Shown one piece after another: positions 52,900 through 64,000 of a stretch of DNA of 64,000 nt. The translations under genes were made by a program, and so were the position numbers. The stretch is from Octopus vulgaris (taxonomy: Eukaryota), in contig OX597823.1 in assembly GCA_951406725.2 (NCBI GenBank), positions 25,668,001 to 25,732,000 of the forward strand, written 5' to 3'. Below the pieces are notes generated by a model. That model did no database searches and was not told the DNA's origin. It saw nothing but the letters and a program-made list of their open reading frames with translations. Each line of letters begins with the position of its first letter. The stretch's first letter is position 1.

Positions 52900-55169
52900 T
52901 ATAGCTCCCCGCTCTCCAGAACTGTTGTCTGTCATTGGAACCGAGAAGGTGTTTTAACTGCCCTGCCCATGTGTGTGGTTACACGGCTCTTTGGTGTTTG
53001 TTCCTTGCCAAGGGTTGGTGCGATTTGCTTGGGGCGGCTTCTGTTTGATGGTCGAGCTACTTGGACGGAGCTGTCAATATCGAGATGGGCCAGCTTCAAC
53101 ATTTCAATGGAAACTGCTCCTTGTCGTCCGCCAATTGAGAGTTGGAATGGTCTGTCTCCCGGACATATGACTTCCTATGGGCCATCGCAGGGTGACTGGA
53201 GGGGTTTTCGTCGTGTGTCACGTCGAACGAACACGAAGTTATCCGTGCAGAGATCGTTTCATATGTATGATCTAGGTGCACCATGTGTTGACATGAGAAT
53301 AGGGCACAACTGGCCCACACTCTCTCAGTTGCGTGAGGTATCTTTTGACATCCGGGTCTAATTCGGAAGGAACTCTCGTAACACTGTAAGAGGGGCACCA
53401 TACAGCATTTCCGCGGAAGAAGTGGTGAGATTTTCCTTTGGGGTGGCGTGGTTTCCCAGCATCACGCATGGAAGCTGATCAAGCCAAATGGACCCGTTAA
53501 GTCTGGTTGTCAGGGTTTCCTTCAGGCGGCGGTGAAATCTCTCCACTAATTCGTTGGCCGCGTTTCCAGGCCAAAGGGTTTACGTAAGAAATCATACAGC
53601 CAGAAACGAGCACTCACTGCGGTTTTCGTCTTAGTATTAGTATTTTGTGGTAACCACAGATGAGATCGACCTTCGAGAAACCGAGCACCTGGCTAGCTGG
53701 GCTGAGAAGCCCTGTAAGGGCAAAATGGGGTAGCGATCAGGTGTCGTATCTGCATTGATATAGCGGTAATCTCCACAAGGTTGAAAACCCCCACTGGGTT
53801 TTGGTGTCACATGCAGGGGTGACAACCAAGGACTACTTGATCGGCGAACTACGCCCAATGCCTCTATATTACCAAACTCAGTCTTTGCAACAGCAAGTTT
53901 GTCTGGTGGTAGACGACGTGCACATCTGTACACTGGAGGGCCAGTGATGGGGATGTGGTGTGTTACTCCGTGGAGGGCTGTATGTTTGGAGAATTTCTGG
54001 GAGAGGCGACTCGAAAGGAGATTCGAGAATTCATTCTCCGTCTGAGAGACGGTTGCTATGCGGGAGGCAGCATGTGCAGATGTTGCCAGAGACACGGAAG
54101 CGCATGTGTTGTTGTCGATGAGTTATCTCCCCTGCAAATCAACCTGTAGCACGTATGCTCGAAGAAAGTTTGCTCTGATAAGAGGCTGATAGACATCGGC
54201 GATGGTGAATGCCTATGTGTATTTTGTGAGTCGATGTTGAGAGAAAGGATGCTGCAACCGTACGCCTCGATTGTGGATCCGTTGGCGGCCGTTAAAGGTT
54301 GACCCTGCTTTCAGTAACGGAGGTCCCTTGCCGACGTTGGGATCACGCTAACTTCTGCTCCTGTGTCGATTAAGAATCTTCGTCTGAAGTTCCGATCGCA
54401 GACATAGAGGAGCAGTTGATCATGTCTGCCGACCGCCAGGGTATTCAATGGCGGCCGGCCCTGGCTTTTCCCGGGGCCGATGGCCAAGGAGTCCTGAAGC
54501 TACATGGTTGCATACATTTCGTAGACTTTTTGCCGAACTTTGTGTGGTGGAAGCATAGGTCGTCTTGTTTAACTCTACCATGTCTCAGGGCAGACCCAAT
54601 GGCGTTGACTATAACACCACTGGATAAAAAAATGTGTGTTGGCTACTTTCATAAACTGCCGCAAGTCCTTGATCTCGGTCTGAATTATGAGGGTCTGAAC
54701 CTAGGGTGGTAACTTACCGTGGAATATTTCCCAAAACAAAAAGAAAAGTGATTCATCAGGTGGAAACTAATGCCAACATCATACCAACTCCAAAGGTATG
54801 GAATCGCTCAATTCTTCCTCCAGTATCTTGGCTGCCGCACCTCGGTCGCTCCGCCGGAATGTATCCACAAACCTGTCTTTTAACGTAGTGTATTTGTGCG
54901 TTGTCGGGGGTTGGGTTTAAATGTCCAGCACCCTCGTGGCCGTGTCTGCACCTAGTGCCGCTACTACATACGAATATTTCGTTAGGTTTGGAGTTATTTT
55001 AGGTACGTTAAATTGCGCTTCAGCCTGCACAAACCATAGCTCAGCTCTCTTCAGCCAGAACTGTGGTAGCTTTAGTGCTGTTGCGTGATCACTTGCTATG
55101 TTTATCTGATTTTCTGTTTACTTCGATGTGCGAAGCGAAAGCTGTTGTTCTTCCGAGGGGGTCACCAGT

Positions 55170-55394
55170 TATAGCTTTAGTTAAGGTATACACAAACAAA
55201 GTAGCGGAGACCCAGAATGTGCCAGTGAAAGATTTATTGAGTTAAATACATGAGAAGAGTGACAGCCGCCAGTCAAGTCCCGCTTAGTAGAAAACCCACT
55301 TAACCGGAAGTCAACTTCGCCGCAGACCATCTCCCTAGTTATCCCGCAGCAATGTTTCTGTCTATAGTTCATGTCATAGATCTTTGGGCTATAC
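55170..55394 (-). repeat. 5' LTR of the Gypsy element
   Basis: Shares cggagaccca, gatttatt, gccgccagtcaa and gcagaccatctccctag with 52705-52899. Confidence 0.75.
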
Positions 55395-55689
55395 CCTTCA
55401 GCGGAATTAATAAGATATTTATTGATTTGTAATTCTGTGATCGGTTCCTCGCATGGGACAATACTAGCTATAAATCAGTATTCTATCTGGGGGCACATTT
55501 TTCTCTTACACTGTGCAACACTCAATATCCTACAAGAGATCTGTGGCCATTTTTATATGCAAAATGACGTGGGAAATCCATTTCTGGTCTTCTTTTTGTT
55601 GAGTTAAGCATGGTTTCTACAGAATTGTCACTGTATACCCTTTTTGTCACTATTATTAAATAAAATTCTCTACCGCATTGTAACCAGTT

Positions 55690-57080
55690 TTGTTTTATCG
55701 CCTCCAGACTCAGGGTGTGTGGCATGTTCGTGTATAAGTTCGTCACATCGAAGCTTGCACGTATGTTTTCCGGAACACTGGGTAGAAAACTACGGGGAAT
55801 TCATAGAAAAACGCTTCAAAACAGACTTTATCACCAAAGTCATCCAATTAATACTTGAAGAAAACACATTCACATTTAACAAGACATCCCGACAGATAAA
55901 GGGCACGGATATGGGCACGAAATTCGCACCTTCATATGGCAACTTGGTTATGGATTTCTTTAAGAACAAACAATACGAGGAAATAGGGAAAAATCTTCGA
56001 ACACGACTTCAGAGAAGACATCAAGTAAAAATGGAAACGCTACCACGATGACTGTTTCATCTTTTGAAACAGGTCAGAAGAAGATCTACGAACATTCCAC
56101 ATCCTCAGCACGCTTCCCCCATCTATCAACTTTACGACAGAAACCAGCTATAACGAACTTCCCTTCCTAAACATCAACATCAAGATACACAACACCATCG
56201 TCACAACAGATATCTACTACAAAAAACCGACACACACCAACATTTAAATTTCTACTTCTGCCACCCATCCCACATAAAAAGAAACATTCCATGTAGTATG
56301 GCAAGACGCATAGTGGTCGACTCACAAACACGCCAAATAAGACTAAATGAACTTATAAACTTCTTACTAGAACAGAAATACCCACTCAAATTAATAGAAA
56401 ACGGAATCTCAAGAGCAATGAAACTGGACATCACACAACTCAGAACTCCAAAAAAGAAAAACAAAGAAAATATCATCCCATTCATAAACACACACAAGCC
56501 TGGAGTTACCAACATGTTTCAAATTATACAATCAAACTTACCAATAGTCCTACAAAGCCCCAAAATGGGAAACCGATTAAACAAATACTGCTTAAGAAAC
56601 AGTAAACTCCAAGAGAAAAACCTGAAAAAACAGACAAGAGCAAAATTCTCATCAGAGAATGAAACCGAACTCTTTGTGAAAGAATGTGGAGATAGTAGAT
56701 GTGGGATCTGCAGTAACCCTATCTACAAATATATAGAGGAAAACAGCCAAATAAAATTTAAGAGTGGACACACATTCAAAATAAATGCAAACATGAATTG
56801 CAAGACACAAAACTTAATATATTGCATAACCTGTTCCACATGCAAGGAGAACTATATAGGTGAAACTGGCAATTCTTTATGCCAACGAGCCAGAATTCAC
56901 TGACAACATATCCGACAGGGAGAGCTGCAAAAAATTCCACTAAGTAAACACTTAGAAACATGTGGAGAAAGAAGACTCAAGATCTTTCCTTTCTATAAAT
57001 GCCCAAGGAATGACACCTTCTTCAGAAAAAATATGGAACAACACTTCATAGCAAAATTCCCCCCCATACTGAATGGCTGA
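55690..57080 (+). mobile_element. Penelope-like element, 5'-truncated: RT C-terminal half, Cys-rich linker and GIY-YIG endonuclease
   Basis: GTDMGTKFAPSY, PFLNI, SCHP.H.K.NIP, CGDSRCGIC, LIYCITC..C.ENYIGETG. Confidence 0.85.
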
Positions 57081-58659
57081 AAATATGAAAATCACATCAA
57101 TTTCCTTATAAACCCATCTGGAACCCTAAGATATATGCATGTGTGTGTGTGTGTGTGTATGCATATACATAGATAAAGACATTTTTGCATCCAGATTTTC
57201 CAACCCATACCGGCATGGGAATCAAACATTGGACAATGATGATGATAATAATAATAAGTCCAGACAATTTTTTGAAAAATAACTTTCATTATTCTTCATC
57301 AAAACAGACCCCCCCCCCTTAGAGTAACCACCTGGTCTTGCCATTTTCACAAGAATCAACTTCTATTGAAAGCCCATCTTCTATTGAACTGACCAACTGT
57401 ATAGATATAAACACATTTTTTCTTCTTTCTTTCCTTCAATTTTCCATTGACATTAAGAAAAAGCACATTTTTTCACTTTGCAAACATTTTTCTTTCAAAC
57501 CCCCTAGTGAGCTGGCTGAACCAAAGTAAGTCTCTGTTCCAGCCACCAACTTAAAAATATTCTTTTTCTTTATCTCCTGTTCAAAACACTTCCTTTCAGA
57601 TACACAGGCACATGCACGCACGCACACACACACACACACACAATTATTAATTGACACTTGAAAGCAAGAGAAATAATATTCTTAAGATTATAGAACTGGA
57701 AAAGCACAGGGCAAGTTATTACACTTGGAAAATATTGCAGCTAAGAATAAAATTTCAAATAAAATATTTAAATTTAGAAAATATTAGCTTTTATTAAAAA
57801 ATTTATTACAAGTCACTACCACTTCTATTTCTAATTACTTGCTACTTCTATTAAAAATTTAAAAAATAACTTAAAATATTTTTTGCACTTATTAATTAAT
57901 AATTAGAAATTTGAAAATAGGCTATAAAAATAGTAGTAGTACATAATTTTAACAATAAATAGAATAATTCAAAAATTGGTTATATATTACAGTAAAATCT
58001 ACCTATAACAGTAAATTTGCTTGAGTTATTGCCTAAGTTATTACGAAGTCTTCACATTTTTAGTCTTGACCCGATGCCTATTTTTTACATAATGAATTTG
58101 TCTATCATTTATACTATTCTACTTTGCGTAAAACTTTAACGATATTGGTACTTCTGGCTCTCATCTTTTCAATATTCTAGTGTGTCAGTATTTTAACTAA
58201 ATGATGGTACCTTTTTTTAATTATAATGTTACGTTTTTAATATTCAAATTTTATCCTTCGCTGCAATCTTTTAAGTAAAAATTTTCTTGTTCTATACTTT
58301 ACCAGATGTAATAACTTGTATTGAACTTTTCCAAGTGAAATACCTTATCCTGTACATTTCCAGTTTTATAATTTTAAGAATATTATTTCTCTTGCTCGCA
58401 TTTTTCCATGTAATGTGTGTGTATGTATATATATATATATATGGTAGGACAAGGGGAAAGAAAAAGAAAGAAGTAAGGGGAGAGATATAATTTTACTTAC
58501 CAAACATACTTACAAATCAACCGATATATTATCACGGATGACAGGTTATAGAAATACCCAAATAGCAGAATAGCAACGACATCCAACCAAATATATCTGC
58601 AAGGAATCAAAAAGGGTGATCTTAAGACAGACTAGAACATGTGTGTGTATTACGTGCGC

Positions 58660-58709
<50 letters not shown>

Positions 58710-60954
58710 TACTTATCTATGTTTATCTGCCCGTATTTAATCGTCTTTATTCCAAAATCATGTGGAATATTTCCTTAGAGGCTTACTACATCAAAACGAA
58801 GTAAAAGTGAATTCGTTTCTGTTATTTGGGAAAGATAGGACAGGAAGTCGATGTAGAGGAAAGCTATAGCACTGAATAATTTAGAAAGTATATTGAAAAG
58901 GCATGAAAGAGATACCTTGACGACTGCTTTTAATCCGGACAGAATCTCTAAATACTCTGGAAAATATCAATATCCGCCTGAACAACCTCCCTCCTCGTTT
59001 CTTTCTCACTCTCACATCTATTAATATTTTTCAATATTTCTCTCCCCATAAAGAAATTTTATGGAATGATGTCAAAGTAACACACGTGTAGTCCCAACCG
59101 AGCGAGGGCATTTTATGTGTGTGTGTGTGTGTGTGTGAGGGTAAAAACATCTTTAGTGTTCATATTAATCAGTCAAATGTGATGCTTATTTGTTCACGGT
59201 ATTTTGAATTATTAAGGTTCAAGAGCAATGTCCACAATATTTGCTTGTAACTTTGTGAATTTTTTTACATACAGTTTTGAAATTTTTCCAGTGGATGCTT
59301 TATGTACCACTGGATTAGAGCTATGTAATTTTAGCTGATGTTGCTGAGTAAATTTGACTTTCATGCGCAGATAATTTTAATTAGCAGGTGTAAAAGCAAT
59401 AACATTGAAAGTCTTAATGTATCTTACTTGTTTTGTTATTAAAATTATCCCAGATGGCAACCGACAAACATTTTGCCACTTTTCAAGATGAGGTACATTA
59501 ATTTGAATTAATTAAAATACAAGTATAATCGGTACAAGATTTGATTCTTTCGGTAAATATTTCGTACCTAGGTGTAGAATAATTTCTTTCCATAGTTTTT
59601 CCGGGTGCATTCAACGTATCTGACCTCCAAACATGTCACAAGCCACTTTTTTTTCCCGAAAGAAATGTGGGAGGGGGGGGGGGATCTCGAAGTTTCCCAC
59701 CAAGGAAGTTTTGCTTCGCAGGTCTTTTTTTTCCAGATTATTTTGCATGCTTTCAACAAATATGACATCGAAGACATGCGTAAACGGCTCCTTTTTCCAG
59801 GAAAGGAAAGATTTGGCTGCTATTTCTAGCATGCCCTGCTACCACGTAACAGCTGTTTGCGTTCAAACCGAAATATTTACCAACTTTTTTCCTTCTACTT
59901 ATTTTTTCCACTTTATGGAAGTCAATATTTTCTCTGTTGACATCCACTTCAGCGAGGTCACAGATCAAGTGGAAAAACATCAATCACTGTTTCCTCTTGA
60001 CAGGAAAAAGAAATTTTCCGCTCTCTTTGCAAAAAAACAAGCGGGTGTATTTGGTTTCAAATCCAGGCAGGGTCAAACGAGGTCCTACAAGTTATTTATA
60101 ATAAGTGGCGTTATATCGAGGTTCAAAGAATGACGCGTACAATATTAAATGTGCTAAGACAATCTGAAAACAGAAACTTTTAAATGTTTACAGTTTTTGC
60201 GAAATTTTTGCGTTAACGGACTTAACAGACGCTAAATATAACGGAAGTTAATTAGTCCGATAATGATTTTTAAAGTTAACTTAAAAATTAAGTCGTTAAC
60301 ATAAATGTTAATTTCGTTAATTAACGATTAACGGACTTACGCCCAGCTCTATATATTTAGTACCATTTTCTGTACCCATCTTAGTGCCTTTCAAACATAT
60401 CACCCCACCTCCCACTCCTCACACATATTCCGTCCTTACATTCTTATATTTTCCTATCCCTCTTCGACTCCCCTTCCAACCTCCTCATAATATCTTGACC
60501 ACCATCAAACATTCCTTTTTCATTTTATCTTCTTCTTTCTTCTTTTCTTTCTTTCTTCTTTCCTCACCTATTCCTTTTGACCATTCTCCTCATTTTAACA
60601 TACATGTATATTCTCTTCTCTCTATCTACTGAATACTATCACTACTTTCTCAAAATTTCATTCACACCACATGACCCCTTTGAATGAGCAGCACATGGAA
60701 TCTTCGTCTCTACACTTTCCATTTGTAATAACAAAATATGAACTCTTATCGGAATTTACATACCACGAACAAGAAGCATTTCTACCATTTCTACACACTG
60801 CTTTCTTTGGATAATGGAACTGCAACTATAGCATCCTACATATATTTTTATTTTTACTGTTATTCTCTTATTTCTTTTTATACTTCTTATTTCTATCCTT
60901 TTTCAAAATAACTCCTTATATTGAACTCTACTGTTTGCCTCTATTTAGCCCTTT

Positions 60955-61005
60955 CACATCTCTGATGAAGGGATATCCCTAATAGCCCAGATACAGCTGT
61001 ACAAA
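60955..61005 (+). ncRNA. Degenerate minimal hammerhead ribozyme (Penelope pLTR-like remnant)
   Basis: CTGATGA-A-GGG...CCC-A-GATAC-AGCT-GTA; GAAA is mutated to GATA. Confidence 0.5.
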
Positions 61006-61251
61006 ATTCCACACAGCCTTGGCTTTGTTGTCTCATTTTATTTAACAAACACACACACACACACATGTATGTATGTATATATATATTAGAAATATTGAAT
61101 TTCTAAATGTCTGAAAGAGACATGAGCGATAGAGTGGTTGTATACTGTCAACATAACGTGACAGTCCCGTAAAGGGAATTACAGGGACACGTTTCCTGTG
61201 TCCTTATATTTGCGAAGGGGAGGCAAGCACCATCACCAGCTAGGGCTAGCA

Positions 61252-61298
61252 CCTAGAGACATGCATGTTTCTGAGTCTTTGCTCGTCATCAGTCCAGG
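61252..61298 (-). ncRNA. Type I hammerhead ribozyme with an apparently intact core
   Basis: CCUGGA-CUGAUGA-C-GAG(caaaga)CUC-A-GAAAC-AUGCAU-GUC-UCUAGG: 6-bp stem I, palindromic stem III, GUC cleavage triplet. Confidence 0.8.
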
Positions 61299-62708
61299 GT
61301 AGCCAGTCCTGCTAGTTGAGATGCCTGCCAAGGCTTCGCAAATATATATATTTTCAGTGAAATCTATTCACTGGTCACCGAAATTAGAAATATTGAATTT
61401 CTAAATGTCTCAGAGAGATATGAGCGGTGGTGTTTGCGCAATTTTCTATGCCAAAGTTTGGTAAAAGTCCTTCCAGGATTTTTCAGATGTATATCACTGC
61501 ATATCTTCCCCGCTTTCGTTCTAGGGAGTAGAATCTTCACTTTTTCAGCCTTTTTCAGTAGCTGACAGGTTACATTGAGGTTATTTTCTTTGTATATAAT
61601 TTTATACTTGGGGGCAGTAGTCTAAGTGGCCGAGGGCTTATCCAGAAGACCATCATGGTTTCCTATTCCTTCATTCCGAAAATTCGGAGAATCCATTCGG
61701 CCAACAATCTCCATGTTTTGTTGTTCTTCTTACTTCAGTTCTTTTGGATTGCTGTGCAGACAAATGGGTCTTGCTTCCATACCTGTTACACAAAGTCGTC
61801 TACCTTGAATGCGGAGCTTTAAGGTTTTCATAGCACTTTGTACATTTCACAGCTCTGAAATTGTTTTGTGGTTTTGCTGGATCATAATGAGTTGAATTTC
61901 CGCAGCGATGGAACCTGACCACATACCGCAGAATGTCATATCTGCACTGACTACCTGCTCTTATTGTACCGCGAATGTGACACAATTTGAGCAGATTATC
62001 AGATCAGATGTGACATTTCACCGATAACCCTGACACTGAATCTTTCTACTCTTGTGTTTCTCCAGCTTATAGGCAGGTGCGTCGCTTTGTATTTGGTTTT
62101 GTACTATCACCCCTTCTTCTGTTTTAAAAAGGAATATTAGCTCACATGAAATATATGCCAAGGCTGCTTCCAAATCATAGTTGAATAGGACAAGAAAATC
62201 AACTATATTTTTGGTAAGAGATACATTGTTTTCTACCTCACTGACATGGATTTGCGGAAGGCTTGCCACAGTTCAGTGAACAAAATACTAGAAGGCTTTC
62301 AATCTTTCAACAAAATGTTCTATACTAAAAGTTTCCTCTTCAAAAGAACACAAGCAAAAGACATGTTTTACTTATTCGTGTTTACATCCTAAGTGCATGT
62401 ATTTGTTGCTGTTGACAAAAATTCTAATCGGTGGAGTCAACATATCTGTTTTCTTTTAGTTCGTGTTTACAATTAATACTTTGCGTTTCAATTAATTCAG
62501 CTTTCTGAAGGGTTTCTATTCTGTATGTGAAATGTATTATTTAGTACATTTTCAGTTTTGTTTTTGGAGACATGGTGTAAAATTCTCATGACTATTTTTC
62601 TTTTACTATATTATGTCAGTAGCGTGAGAGAAAAGAAATTTTGTTCAAAAATATACAAAAACCTTATTTCTTTTGAAAGTCCAAACTTTAGAAATTTATC
62701 TCTATGCG

Positions 62709-63270
62709 AGTATTTTGGGGTAAAAACTCTATTTCAAGTGTTAAAATCATTTTTTCTTTTTGTAAACAAAACACTTACATACGTCGCATTGTATAATAAA
62801 AATATTAATCCATCACTTCTCCGCCCCCTTTTTTCTGAGAGGCACCTTCTCCATAAGATCCTATCAGAAGCAATCGTCATTAGACTTAGCGGCTGGATTC
62901 CCAAGCGTGATCAACAGAAAGTATGGATATTATAGAACCATCTCGCTCTCGGCCTACCTCAAGTCTCCTGTTGGTTGGGGTATTTTGGGGTAAAAACTTT
63001 ATTTCAAGTGTTAAAATAATTTTTTTCTTTTTGTAGATAAAACGTTTACATACGTCGCATTGTATGATAAAAATATTAATCCATCATTTCTCCGCCCCCT
63101 ATTTTCTGAGAGGATCATGGTATTAAAGTCCCCACACACCTTCTCCATAAGATCTTATCAGAAGCAATCGTCAGTAGACTTAGCGGCTGGATTCCCAAGC
63201 GTGATCAACTGAAAGTATAGATATTATACAACCATCTGGCTCTCGGCTTACCCCAAGTCTCCTGCTGGTT
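62709..63270. repeat. Tandem duplication of a ~270-290-bp unit at the 3' end of a minus-strand LINE remnant
   Basis: gtattttggggtaaaaact... occurs near 62710 and 62980; the second copy has an insertion of about 20 bp. Confidence 0.85.
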
Positions 63271-64000
63271 GGCTCGGCTTGAAGAATCCGACATGCAATT
63301 CTTTCCTACAACATTCTAATCATATGTCCGTAGAACCGAGCCTGTGACTTCTCAGAGTGGAATACGAGTAACTCGATCTGGAGAGGTTTCCTGATCTCCA
63401 GGCTATGCACCCTGTCGAGTAACGTTACTCCAGAGATCCCCAGGAGGAATCCCATTTTGGCCACTGTATTCGCGATCGTATTCATTAGATCATTACCCGA
63501 CATTCGGCTTTGTATCCGTTCGGTTTCTTGTTCTTCAACAAAAGTGCATTCGGCATCCTGCCCGCGCATGAGTACGAACACAGACCAATGTATACAGATA
63601 TAGAAGGTTGAATTCCTCTTGATCACATATTACAGAGTAAGATGTACATTGCCAAGCCAATAAACATAGATACACTACAGAGAGATAGATTTTGAAGCAG
63701 TACCTCTGCGAGTCATTATTGTTTTTATTATCAGAATTTTATAAAAATCGTACGGACAACTTACTTGTGTTCTATTCCCAAGAAAGGCGATGGACCGCAG
63801 AGCAATAATGCACTGACAAGTAAAATATTTGACACAATGAGCAGACTTTTCGAATCTGACTGAAAGGAAAATAAACACATTAATTAGCTATTCAGTATTC
63901 TGAAATATACTAATATATCAATATTATACATAGTGTTAGGAAATTATAATTTGTAATGTTAAGTTAAACAGGTAAATAGTTTTTCATGTTTACTGTAAGG

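Larger units (their letters stand above)
52705..55394 (-). mobile_element. Internally deleted, decayed Ty3/Gypsy LTR retrotransposon
   Basis: Two diverged LTRs; PBS TGGTGACCCC (~55158-55167); purine tract next to the 3' LTR; gag (FWLKRAELWFVQAEAQF), protease (LIDTGAEVS), RT start (SPWLSPLH...GDYR) and integrase (ERFHRRLK). Confidence 0.85.

Noticed and set aside
59200-60350. Possible DNA transposon remnant with several overlapping short ORFs
   Set aside because: No catalytic motif or matching terminal inverted repeats could be identified with confidence.

Overview
Repeat-rich, AT-rich eukaryotic DNA. The microsatellite load and SINE/LINE types look cephalopod (Octopus-like), but that is an inference. 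No intact host gene can be supported. Bases 1-19.9 kb are a head-to-tail array of six Tx1-type (L1-clade) non-LTR retrotransposon copies from at least three subfamilies. All lie on the minus strand and are separated only by (GATA)n tracts, and the five visible 3' ends have no poly(A) tail, which points to a (GATA/TATC)n-targeting family. The five visible 3' UTRs share a covarying stem whose mirror-symmetric U-rich loop can form a pseudoknot/triple helix with a downstream A-rich tract (ENE- or telomerase-like). The rest of the window holds a young CR1-type LINE with intact ORF2, an RTE LINE beside a SINE that shares its 3' tail, a non-autonomous Helitron, nested inverted repeats, and decayed Tx1, Penelope, R4/Dong-type and Gypsy elements. 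It also has three hammerhead-ribozyme-like motifs, one apparently intact inside a ~300-bp retrozyme-like unit. Boundaries of decayed elements are approximate and read by eye.
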